This document shows, piece after piece, positions 16,763-25,479 of a DNA stretch of 64,000 nt (position 1 is its first letter; each line of letters opens with the position of its first letter). Source of the stretch: an uncultured delta proteobacterium. GTDB taxonomy: Bacteria > Desulfobacterota > Binatia > Binatales > Binataceae. Position numbers and translations under genes: made by a program. The notes under the pieces are model-generated. The model was not told the DNA's origin. It made no database searches and was given only the letters and a program-made list of their open reading frames with translations. The stretch covers positions 736,001 through 800,000 of the forward strand of contig CAVQEQ010000001.1 of assembly GCA_963711565.1 (NCBI GenBank), written 5' to 3'.

Positions 16763-17944
16763 CTAATGCTTCTGCTTCGCAGCGACCTCCGCGAAATGCT
16801 TTTGTACGGTTTCGGCGGCTGCCGACATGGCTTTGCCCATCAGTTCCTTGCCATTGTCGCGGACCCAATTCAGTGATGCGTCGCGCGCAATGTTGGAGCC
16901 GTTGAAGTGCGGCAGGACGTGACGGGCGAACAACTCGTACGAGCGCTTGGTCGCATCGAAATTCGCCCAGTTGTGCGCAAGCATCAGGATACAGCCGAAG
17001 CCGCCCGACTGTTTCTCCAGCCGCTCGAGCATCGCGATCGCGTCGTCGGGAGTGCCGACAACTGCGCGGCCCGATTCCACCATCGCTTCGGCGGGATCCT
17101 TGGCGCCCAGGTCGTCGCCACTGGCGGTTGGATTGATCGCTGTAAAATATGCGAGCCAGTTGTTCAATCCGTACTTAACGTCGCGCATCGCCTGCTCGCG
17201 GCTCTCGGCGATATGCATCGGCGCGACCAGCCGCAGCACCGAGCGATCCATCTCGCGCCCGTTTTCACGCGCGACATCGCACGCGATCTGCCAGTTGGTG
17301 CCTAGCACGTCGTAGCCGGCCTGCTGCGAGGCGGCCACGCATAGCATCCCTGCCGCATAGCGTCCCGCCAGCTTGCCGCCCGACGGCGTGAAGGTGCTCG
17401 CGACAGCGAATTCCGGACGGGGGCGCGTATAAGGAAGCAGCTGACAGCGCGCTTCCTTCAACGTGTACCATTCGGTTTTCTCGGTCACGGTCTCGCCCGC
17501 GACCAGCCTCAGGATGACGTCGAGCGACTCGGCCATCCGGTCGCGCTGTTTCGAGACCGGCACGCCCAGCATCTCCGCGTCTGACGGCAGCAACCCCGGA
17601 CCGATTCCGAACATCGCTCGTCCCCGCGTCATGTGATCGAGTTGCACGATGCGGTTCGCGACCATCAGAGGATGATGATACGGCAGCGAGATAACGCCGG
17701 TGCCGAGGCGAATCCGCTGGGTGCGTTCCGCGATAGCCGCGATCATCAGCTCAGGCGACGCGATGATCTCGTATCCTGCCGAGTGATGCTCGCCGATCCA
17801 CGCCTCATCGAAGCCGATGCGATCGAGATGCTCGATCAAGTCGATATCGCGGCGGATCGCAAGCGTCGGATCTTCATCGACTGGGTGAAAGGGAGCGAGA
17901 AAGATTCCCGCGCGCAGGCGGTTTGGTCGAATAGCTGGAGTCAT
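16763..17944 (-). CDS. LLM-class flavin monooxygenase (limonene 1,2-monooxygenase-like)
   Basis: GIFLAPFHP, WIGEHHSAGYE, LGTGVISLPYHHP. Confidence 0.85.
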   Translation of the reverse strand: MTPAIRPNRLRAGIFLAPFHPVDEDPTLAIRRDIDLIEHLDRIGFDEAWIGEHHSAGYEIIASPELMIAAIAERTQRIRLGTGVISLPYHHPLMVANRIVQLDHMTRGRAMFGIGPGLLPSDAEMLGVPVSKQRDRMAESLDVILRLVAGETVTEKTEWYTLKEARCQLLPYTRPRPEFAVASTFTPSGGKLAGRYAAGMLCVAASQQAGYDVLGTNWQIACDVARENGREMDRSVLRLVAPMHIAESREQAMRDVKYGLNNWLAYFTAINPTASGDDLGAKDPAEAMVESGRAVVGTPDDAIAMLERLEKQSGGFGCILMLAHNWANFDATKRSYELFARHVLPHFNGSNIARDASLNWVRDNGKELMGKAMSAAAETVQKHFAEVAAKQKH

Positions 17945-17971
17945 TTGAACCTCAATTGAAAACTTTATCTT

Positions 17972-19384
17972 CTAGTTGGCGATCGCGGCGGGCGGATACG
18001 GCGGCAGGTCCTGTGCTTCGATCGGAGGCTTCGGAGGCCGCTGCATGATTTCATTTACGGCGGCAAGGAACTCGGAATCGCTCATCAGCGATTCCGGAGG
18101 ACGGTTGAGATTGATGACGTTGAACAGCGCCTCTGCGATTACGGGGACGCCGGCACCCTCGCGCAGCACGCGCTCCCAGGCCTCGCCGGCCATCGCGCCG
18201 TCGGAGGCATCCGCTTGTCCAAGCGCCTGGCGATCGCGCGCGACCGAGAGACCCCACGGCTGCCGCACGAACTCAGCCTGACGCTTGAAGAATTCCACCG
18301 GGAATTTCGCGTCGGTCGGATCCATCTCGGCGACCAGCGTCCCGAGCACCTGCGAACATACCGACGCACTCGTCATGCCCTGAGCATACACCGGGTTGAA
18401 CGCGCAGACTGCGTCGGCCATCGCGACGAATCCCGCGGGCCCGCGCCACTTCTCGAAGTGCTTCCACATATTCTGCATTCCCTTGCGATGGAAAATCGGG
18501 GAGATCGGCTTCGAGATCGCCAGGGCCTCCGCCACTATCGGCGAGCGTAGTCTCCCGCATAGCGCGGCGAACGATTCATGATCGGCGGGCAGCGTACGGC
18601 CGCCCCACGACGCCAGCGTCAAGAGAAAGCGGTCTCCTTCGATCGGCAGGATCAATGCGACGTAGTAATCCTCTTCACGCGCCGGCTTGGCCGACGGACT
18701 AAGAAAGATCCCTTTCCACCACCAGCTGGCAGGACGCTGATCCGCGGGCGGCGCCTGGTACCAGCAAGTGCTGTAACCGGCCTGCGCGTCCACGACTTCG
18801 AGCTCGACTTCCGGATAGCCGAGACTCGTCAGCCATTCCGACGCGCGCGAACTACGGCCGCTGCAGTCGACAACCAAGTCGGCATCGAGGCGCGCGACGG
18901 AACCATCGCTGACCTTCCGGGTTTCGACGCCGGTCACGCGCGTAGTATCACCGGGCCTCAAGAACAGCGCCGTGACCTCGGTCGCCTCGATGAATTTGAC
19001 GCGGGGATTGTTCTTGACGCGGTCGCGAATGACCGACTCGATCAGCAGGCGGCTGGCGAACAACATCTGATGTCCGGTGCGGCGCCGCGTGGCCCATCCT
19101 TCCGGATTCAGGGTCGCTAGTTCGAGGCCCGCATCCATATCGAGACCGCCGCGTTGCCGAATCGAATCGTCGAGGCCGGGAAATAGCGCGCTGAGCTCGC
19201 GGCGTCCCCGATCGAGCAGGCCATGCGGATGGCGGCTCTGCGGCACGCCCTTGCGATGGGCAGCGCCTTCGGGCAATTCGTCTCGCTCGATCAGGGTAAC
19301 GCGCTCGAAGTGGTCGGCCAGCACGCGCGCCGCGCACATCCCACCGATGCCTCCGCCGATCACTACAACATGATTCGCCTTCAT
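17972..19384 (-). CDS. FAD-dependent oxidoreductase/epoxidase-like protein
   Basis: VIGGGIGG, RKGVPQSRHPH, DAVCAFNPVYAQGM. Confidence 0.85.
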   Translation of the reverse strand: MKANHVVVIGGGIGGMCAARVLADHFERVTLIERDELPEGAAHRKGVPQSRHPHGLLDRGRRELSALFPGLDDSIRQRGGLDMDAGLELATLNPEGWATRRRTGHQMLFASRLLIESVIRDRVKNNPRVKFIEATEVTALFLRPGDTTRVTGVETRKVSDGSVARLDADLVVDCSGRSSRASEWLTSLGYPEVELEVVDAQAGYSTCWYQAPPADQRPASWWWKGIFLSPSAKPAREEDYYVALILPIEGDRFLLTLASWGGRTLPADHESFAALCGRLRSPIVAEALAISKPISPIFHRKGMQNMWKHFEKWRGPAGFVAMADAVCAFNPVYAQGMTSASVCSQVLGTLVAEMDPTDAKFPVEFFKRQAEFVRQPWGLSVARDRQALGQADASDGAMAGEAWERVLREGAGVPVIAEALFNVINLNRPPESLMSDSEFLAAVNEIMQRPPKPPIEAQDLPPYPPAAIAN

Positions 19385-19434
19385 CTATGTAAATTCACTT
19401 CCCGAGGTCCAAATCCGGTCAGGCCAAATGAGTT

Positions 19435-19490
19435 GGTAAACGACCGTTTACCTGTCAATATAGGGTAGTAAATGACCGTTTACTTGTCAA
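19435..19490. promoter_or_regulatory. tandem TetR operators overlapping divergent promoters
   Basis: Palindromes GGTAAACG-AC-CGTTTACC (19435-19452) and AGTAAATGACCGTTTACT (19467-19484), 32-bp period, each followed by TGTCAA (TTGACA on the minus strand). Confidence 0.8.
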
Positions 19491-19506
19491 CCGCAACGGG
19501 GTCATC

Positions 19507-20175
19507 ATGGGGATCAGATTGAGCATGATTCGAAAATTAAGAAAGGCGCACGCCAGAAAACGAACGAGCGTCGCCCAGCGAGGACGCGGCGACGATGGCC
19601 ACGACGCGATCGAATCGACTCGCGAGCGAATTTTGTCTTCCGCCGCGCGGCTCTTCGCCGAGAATGGCTTCGAGGGCTCGTCGATGCCGGCGATCGCCAA
19701 GGCCAGCGGCATCACCGCGGGCGCGATCTACAAGCATTTCAAGAGCAAGGGCGAACTGCTGCTCGAAGTCGTAAAACGATCGTTCGAGTCCACCCCGCTC
19801 TTCATGCAAAACTCCGCGGGCGCTACAACTACGGCACTCCCACGTCTTGCGTCGGCGTACACCGAACCCGAATTGAAATTGGTTCGCCAGCTTTCCATCG
19901 AGGTGCATTCGGCCGCGAGCAGAGATTCCGATGTCAGGCGCTTGTTGGCGCTCTCAGATGAAGCTGCGATGCAGTATATCTCCGACGCGATCGCGCTGGC
20001 ACAACGCGAAGGTAAACTCGATCCAAAACTCAAGCCGGAGTTCGCGGCGCGTCTGTTTTGCGTATTCGTGATGGGCTTGCTGCATATGGACACCTTGCTG
20101 CCAGGTCTAATCGGGGACAAATCATGGCGCGACTTCGTACGCGAGCGCGTCGCGAAGCTGATTGGAGTTGGCTGA
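19507..20175 (+). CDS. TetR/AcrR family regulator
   Basis: RERILSSAARLFAENGF...IAKASGITAGAIYKHFKSK HTH. Confidence 0.92.
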   Translation: MGIRLSMIRKLRKAHARKRTSVAQRGRGDDGHDAIESTRERILSSAARLFAENGFEGSSMPAIAKASGITAGAIYKHFKSKGELLLEVVKRSFESTPLFMQNSAGATTTALPRLASAYTEPELKLVRQLSIEVHSAASRDSDVRRLLALSDEAAMQYISDAIALAQREGKLDPKLKPEFAARLFCVFVMGLLHMDTLLPGLIGDKSWRDFVRERVAKLIGVG

Positions 20176-20354
20176 GCAGCAATCACTCCACTCCGGCTGC
20201 GGACACCTTCTATTTGGGGATTATGTCTAACTTGACACCCACATCCCCTTGCCTACAAAATGGGCAGCGCGATGTCCAGTCCTGAGCGGCAGATGCCGCA
20301 GTTTGATCTCCGCTTCAAGGCGTGGGCAAATCCATGCCTAAAGTGGGGAGTAAC

Positions 20355-21092
20355 ATGCCGACAAAGAAAAGACGCGAAATCGCAGGCGGGATTGTATTTG
20401 CGGCGGGTGCCATTGGTCCTGCCATTTCATTCATTCGATGGGTGCTGGATGTGATCAGCGAAGGTCAGACCGCAAGCGATCTATGGCAAGCGGCGAAACC
20501 GTGGGCCAGTTGGATTTACCACGGCACCCCCATCTGGTTGAACGGTGTCTTGATGCTGATCGGAATTGGTTTGCTATTTAGTTCGCGCAAGTCTCGCGTT
20601 GTTGAACCAGAAGGCGCGACCGAACAGCAACCCCCCGACTCTCCGCCCAAATTTCGCGACGTGAATGACTTCTATCGGACGTATGACAACGTATTATTGC
20701 GCGAATGCGAAGATAACGTTCGCAAGATGGCGGCCGAGTATCCACCAAACAAGCAGCGTGAAGATTTTTTGCTTCGCAATATAGCGACTCTCACCGTGCT
20801 CGGAATTTTTGAAATGACGTGGTGGAACATTTTCAAATCTCAGCTTGATGCACTCGATCTGCTCAATAAGAAAAATCTAACACTCGACGAATTGCGTGCA
20901 TTCTATGATGAAGGGAAGACGAATTATCCTCATTTATATGAAGGTCGTTCGTTTGAGGCATGGCTCGCATTCATGCGCAACTATGTATTGATTGTCGAGG
21001 AGGGCGAGATAGTAAAAATCACAGTGCGAGGGAAGGAATTTTTAAAATACATGGTTCATTGCAGTTATGATCCGAAATTGAGAGTCGGTTGA
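20355..21092 (+). CDS. IS passenger: two-TM protein with unknown cytoplasmic domain
   Basis: Long AT-richer ORF with GGGGAG RBS before the ATG at 20355; two hydrophobic segments. Confidence 0.75.
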   Translation: MPTKKRREIAGGIVFAAGAIGPAISFIRWVLDVISEGQTASDLWQAAKPWASWIYHGTPIWLNGVLMLIGIGLLFSSRKSRVVEPEGATEQQPPDSPPKFRDVNDFYRTYDNVLLRECEDNVRKMAAEYPPNKQREDFLLRNIATLTVLGIFEMTWWNIFKSQLDALDLLNKKNLTLDELRAFYDEGKTNYPHLYEGRSFEAWLAFMRNYVLIVEEGEIVKITVRGKEFLKYMVHCSYDPKLRVG

Positions 21093-21094
21093 TC

Positions 21095-21259
21095 TCACTT
21101 TATGGACGATGGATTTTGTTTAGGTGATTCTCGTTTTCGATTGTGTTTTTTGCGGCGCGCCGGAGTGATGCCGACCTTGTCAGGATCGACGCGAACGAGG
21201 TGCTTGAGTGCTTCATGGAACGTCAACGGATGGAGTGAAACGGGCTTTGCTTTTGGCAT
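21095..21259 (-). CDS. IS passenger: 54-aa basic small protein, absent from the ORF track
   Basis: MPKAKPVSLHPLTFHEALKHLVRVDPDKVGITPARRKKHNRKRESPKQNPSSIK; the ATG abuts the upstream stop codon. Confidence 0.6.
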   Translation of the reverse strand: MPKAKPVSLHPLTFHEALKHLVRVDPDKVGITPARRKKHNRKRESPKQNPSSIK

Positions 21260-21851
21260 CTAACCTACCTTAGGCGGTTCAGGAGTCGCGGCAGTAGGTG
21301 GCGTTCCAAAACTCCTAATCTGGTCGCGTAAAGCTTCTTCCGCGATCGCGATCCGCTCCATATGTTCAGCCGGATCGGTGAACTCGACGGTATCCTCTCT
21401 CAACGTCGCTAGTTGAATCGGGGGACCGACACCGCCAGGTATCGTTTCAATCACATGCTGCACTGTCCACGTCGCTGCGAATCGCGCTTCAGCTACGGTC
21501 GGTATGGCATCTTTCGACGCCCGCACCGAGCATCGGAGCGGCCGTCGCTGCCCATTGTTGGATAGCGCCTATGCGGTTGCCCACTTCTGTTGTAATCCGA
21601 GTCATTATCTCGACTGGCGTTGTGGTACCGCCTAGGTGCTTACCTTTCCAAAGATTCTCAATCGAATTGTGGGCAAGTTGTGCTATCCCGACTGCGCCAG
21701 ACGCGGCGTAGAGTACCTTGTCATCAATGGCCCAGATTTTGGTAACTAATTGCTGACCGATAGTCTGAATCGCGCCCGCAGAGAACGTAGCGGCACTATC
21801 GGCGGCAATCACTACTCCATCGGAACAGAGGATTCCGACAACAACAGTCAC
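21260..21851 (-). pseudogene. proteasome beta-subunit-like Ntn-hydrolase, broken near 21520
   Basis: N-terminus (M)TVVVGILCSDGVVIAADS with Thr1 and a downstream Lys (TKI); the C-terminal piece GGVGPPIQLATL is in another frame and the GSG region is missing. Confidence 0.75.
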
Positions 21852-21854
21852 GGC

Positions 21855-22298
21855 TTATTGCCGAAATATGCTGTTGCGGCGCATTTCAGGATAGGTCTTA
21901 TAGATAGATTTGATAAGAGTCTCAAATGAATTATGCCGTGCCCAGCTCACTACTGCGTCCAGATATTTGACTGCTACCTCGTCTAGTCCGGATCGTAATT
22001 CCGCGGCTCGTGCTATGCCCGCTATTGTAGCGATATAGACGCGATGGGAAGCTACCTGCATAGAAATTTCTACGAGTCGTTCCAACTCTAAGATATTTGC
22101 ATCGGAATAGATCGCCGCGCTGAAGGGGCCGTAATCGTATGGTTTAAACTCATAGAACTGCTTACACTTTCGTTGAGCCGCAGTGAGATTTTGACTTATC
22201 AGGAATAGGCTCTTTTGAAGTTGAACAGGGCTGAGCGGTTCGCCCTTCGCCGCGGCGATGGTGAGAAGCGTCCAATCTTTAGGCGACAAAATCATCAT
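21855..22298 (-). CDS. Panacea/DUF4065 (SocA/GepA/YwgA-like) winged-helix protein
   Basis: LQKSLFL, FKPYDYGPFS, IYKTYPE motifs. Confidence 0.7.
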   Translation of the reverse strand: MMILSPKDWTLLTIAAAKGEPLSPVQLQKSLFLISQNLTAAQRKCKQFYEFKPYDYGPFSAAIYSDANILELERLVEISMQVASHRVYIATIAGIARAAELRSGLDEVAVKYLDAVVSWARHNSFETLIKSIYKTYPEMRRNSIFRQ

Positions 22299-22443
22299 AA
22301 AGAGTGTATAGACTCCAACAGAGTGCGTCAAATCTGCTTTGGTTTACGCAATAGACGGGGAAATGGCAAGCGGAATTGACCGCCCCTGTCTATGACCAGA
22401 TGGCTGGCTTTGTCCGGCTGAGGTTTCCGCCAGCGAGCTGACC

Positions 22444-23373
22444 TCAGCATCCTGCTATCACGTCGAAGAAAATATTCTTGTTGTCGCGATTGTTGAAGCG
22501 ATACTGAAACTTCGCAAGGTACAGCGGCAGATATTTCTTGCTCACGTTATGGTAGGTGCCGAGCACGCCACGCTTGAGCAGCGACCAGAACGATTCGACG
22601 CTATTCGTATGGACCTCGCCGCGCACGTACTCGCCGGTACTGTGCGAGATCACTTCGTGCGGCATCGCCCATTTCAGATAGCGATAGCCGGAGTGTTCAT
22701 CGGTCGCGACCAGCTTCACTTTATCGCTGACGGTATCGCGCACGAATCGAGTCAGCGTCTCGGTATCGGTGTTCTCGATCATCTTGCAGACCACGTTTCC
22801 CTTGCGGCTGATCGCGCCAATGACGGGAATCTTGCCAGCGGTGCCGCGTCCGCCCTGCTTCTTGTTGAAGTGGCGATTCTTTTCTTTGCCGCCGATATAG
22901 GTTTCGTCAACCTCGACCGTGCCGAGCAACTTCGCCAGCCCGTCATCCTTCATCGCGGCGCGAATACGCATCACCATGTACCACGCCGTGCGGTAATCGC
23001 CGCTTCCGATCTGGCGATGGATTTGAAGCGCGCTGATTCCCTTCTTGCTCTGAGTCATCAGGTAGATCACCTGAAACCAAGTCGAGAGCGGGTAGTTGGT
23101 ATTCTCGAAAATGGTTTTCGTGATGACGCTGAATCGGTAGCCATTGCGCTTGCCGCAATCTGCGTTCTTGCAGATCCAATGGAAGGGGCGTGCCTTCAAT
23201 TCGTATATGCGCTCGCTCTTGCCGCATCGCGGGCATTTCACGTCATCCGGCCAGCGCATATCGCGCAACAGCATTTTGCACGCCGTCTCGTCGCTGAACT
23301 GTTTCATCAACTGAGCGAGCGTGATGTTGGGCTGAGTGCAGAGCGGCTTGCCAGCTTCAACGGATTTCTTCAT
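22444..23373 (-). CDS. IS1595-family DDE transposase
   Basis: Zn ribbon CPRC...C..C, EVDETYIGG, TDE, HTNSVESFWSLLKR, YHNVSKKYL. Confidence 0.95.
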   Translation of the reverse strand: MKKSVEAGKPLCTQPNITLAQLMKQFSDETACKMLLRDMRWPDDVKCPRCGKSERIYELKARPFHWICKNADCGKRNGYRFSVITKTIFENTNYPLSTWFQVIYLMTQSKKGISALQIHRQIGSGDYRTAWYMVMRIRAAMKDDGLAKLLGTVEVDETYIGGKEKNRHFNKKQGGRGTAGKIPVIGAISRKGNVVCKMIENTDTETLTRFVRDTVSDKVKLVATDEHSGYRYLKWAMPHEVISHSTGEYVRGEVHTNSVESFWSLLKRGVLGTYHNVSKKYLPLYLAKFQYRFNNRDNKNIFFDVIAGC

Positions 23374-23428
23374 ACAGAGAAATATAAGGCTTTTTGCGTC
23401 GGGTGTCAAGCCCAACATAATCCCCTTC

Positions 23429-23710
23429 TATTTGGCTTTCTTGCCCTTGCCGGTGAGCTTCACCGATTGCGGATCGCGTTCCGCATTGTCGATGATCATC
23501 AGGGTGGCGTCCTGGGTCGCCGCTTTCGTCAGAGACCAAAGAAACCTGGGCCTTGCACGATTATCTGGCCGCTTACGATCAGGTCACCGACGCCGGTCAG
23601 ATTTCCCTGCACGAACAGATTGCCGTTCACACCAAGGACTGCGTTGCTAAGGGCCAGATTACCCTTAACCGTCACGCCAGCGTTGGTGTAAACAAACCCG
23701 GCAATTGTTA
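23429..23710 (-). pseudogene. fragments of a surface/Ig-like protein gene
   Basis: Minus-strand pieces VTVKGNLALSNAVLGVNGNLFVQGNL and ATLMIIDNAERDPQSVKLTGKGKKAK* (ASH-domain-like C-terminus) lie in different frames. Confidence 0.45.
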
Positions 23711-23895
23711 CGGGAGGCTGCTAACGCTGCCAAAGGAGCGAATGCGATCGCTCAATAGACCCTTCTTTTCAGGCCTCAATCTTCGGTATGTCTTTGATGG
23801 ATTCGTTCTCGAAAGCGCGGTACAACGTCGAGCGGCGGTCAGAGAGCCCAACCGTTGAAAGAGCAAGATAAACGGTCAAGAGGTTGCGACGGAAA

Positions 23896-24813
23896 ATGAG
23901 CTACGAGAGGAATTTTCAAATTGGATTGAAGCCCCTGACCTCGCTGCCCGGAGACATCATCCGCCTCTGGCCCGATGGACCGACGACGACGTTGGATGGT
24001 GTGGGTCCTGAGGGAGAATTCCGCGGACGAGTGGGCGCCGTGGGTGACGCGGCGATGCTTCGCAATGTGTCCGATCCGACGCTCACCGTTTATAGGCCCA
24101 CGAACGGCAAGCCGAACGGCACCGGCGTGATCGTGTGCCCGGGTGGCGGCTGGCGAATCTTGGCATGGGAGCATGAGGGGCTCGATGTCGCGCACTGGCT
24201 CGTTGCGCATGGCTATACAGCGTTTCTGTTGAAATATCGCGTGCGTGCCACGCCCGCGGCGCAAGCGGACTACGACGCCGAGATGGCGCAGATGGCTGCG
24301 CGGATCGACGTGACCCGCAAGGGAAAGACTGCCTTCCGCGCCATGAGCGACATCGTGCCCGCCAAATCGTTCAGCGATGCGCGTGCAGCCGCAGCCGACG
24401 ACGGGCGCCGCGCGGTCGCAATCGTGCGCGAGCGAGCCAAGGAATGGGACGTCGATCCGGCCAAGATCGGCATGATTGGATTCTCGGCCGGCGCGTTTCT
24501 CGTCGTCGATATAGCGGTTGATCCGCGCGCTGCACCGCTCGCCTTTGTCGCGGCGATCTACGGCGGCGAAACGTTGGGAAGGCCCATACCTAAGGATGCG
24601 CCGCCGCTGTTCACCTGCATCGCCCAGGACGATGTCCTGCTGTATCGCGTTGTCGAAGGTCTCTACTCCGACTGGACCGACGCCGGACGCTCAGCTGAAC
24701 TGCACATCTACCGGCGCGGCAACCACGGGTTCGGCATGGCGAAGCAGGGAATGCCGTCAGACCGCTGGATCGATCAATTCCGCGAGTGGCTCGCCGATCT
24801 GGAATTCGCGTAG
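23896..24813 (+). CDS. alpha/beta hydrolase (esterase)
   Basis: VCPGGG oxyanion motif, GFSAG nucleophile, HGFG. Confidence 0.9.
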   Translation: MSYERNFQIGLKPLTSLPGDIIRLWPDGPTTTLDGVGPEGEFRGRVGAVGDAAMLRNVSDPTLTVYRPTNGKPNGTGVIVCPGGGWRILAWEHEGLDVAHWLVAHGYTAFLLKYRVRATPAAQADYDAEMAQMAARIDVTRKGKTAFRAMSDIVPAKSFSDARAAAADDGRRAVAIVRERAKEWDVDPAKIGMIGFSAGAFLVVDIAVDPRAAPLAFVAAIYGGETLGRPIPKDAPPLFTCIAQDDVLLYRVVEGLYSDWTDAGRSAELHIYRRGNHGFGMAKQGMPSDRWIDQFREWLADLEFA

Positions 24814-24889
24814 CAGCATCGGCCGCTCCGGGCGCACGTCGTTCGATTCAAAGAAGGAGGTACCTGGAATCCCAAAGGTGCGTGTCAGA

Positions 24890-25471
24890 TCAATGGCGAC
24901 GGCTCGCTAACGGCCTTGGTCCGAGAAAGCTCCCCGGCGGCGAGATTTCTTTTAATTTAATGACCGCATCGGCGAGATCTTTGAGGTCCTGCTTTGCACC
25001 GTCGGTAAGCTGGCCGTTCACGAAGTCGGCCGATACGAGGTACACACTTGTCGGCACTACCAGCGCCCCAAACCATGCGAGCACGTCGCGCAGATGCCAA
25101 TCGACGCCAAGAAAGTGATGCTGAGTCGCGCCCATCGCGACAATTCCAACCGGCTTTGCGGCCAGCGATTCGATAGGCAGATGATCGAGCAGGTTTTTCA
25201 GCGCGCCGGTGAAGGAGCCGCGATAGACCGGGCTCGCGATGATCACGCCGTCCGCCGCGCGCACGCTCTCGATAATCGCGGCGGTATCATCCTTGTATTG
25301 TTCAGGCGGCCTGCCGTCGGCGAACGCGACCTGCTTGTCCGCGAGGTTGATCAGTTCGACCCCAAGGTCCTTGCGCGACGCGCTCGCAGAATCGAGCAGC
25401 CATCGCGTCGCATTGAGCAGTCTTCCCGGCGGCGTGACGCTGCCCACAATCGCTAGCAATCTTGTCGGCAT
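24890..25471 (-). CDS. ssuE: NAD(P)H-dependent FMN reductase (SsuE/MsuE-like)
   Basis: LAIVGS, ASPVYRGSFTGALKNLLD; downstream of two LLM monooxygenases. Confidence 0.85.
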   Translation of the reverse strand: MPTRLLAIVGSVTPPGRLLNATRWLLDSASASRKDLGVELINLADKQVAFADGRPPEQYKDDTAAIIESVRAADGVIIASPVYRGSFTGALKNLLDHLPIESLAAKPVGIVAMGATQHHFLGVDWHLRDVLAWFGALVVPTSVYLVSADFVNGQLTDGAKQDLKDLADAVIKLKEISPPGSFLGPRPLASRRH

Positions 25472-25479
25472 GAAGTTCT

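Larger units (their letters stand above)
20216..23425 (-). mobile_element. IS1595-family transporter IS (3210 bp) with passenger genes
   Basis: TIRs GGGGATTATGTCTAACTTGACACCC (20216-20240) and GGGGATTATGTTGGGCTTGACACCC (rc of 23401-23425), 21/25 identical; 8-bp TSD TTCTATTT at 20208-20215 and 23426-23433. Confidence 0.93.

Noticed and set aside
19436-19490. Direct repeat as a mini-CRISPR
   Set aside because: Only two copies with a 9-bp gap and no cas genes; it fits a TetR operator.
22549-23691. 380-aa plus-strand ORF
   Set aside because: Antisense shadow of the IS1595 transposase that crosses the TIR and has no recognisable motifs.
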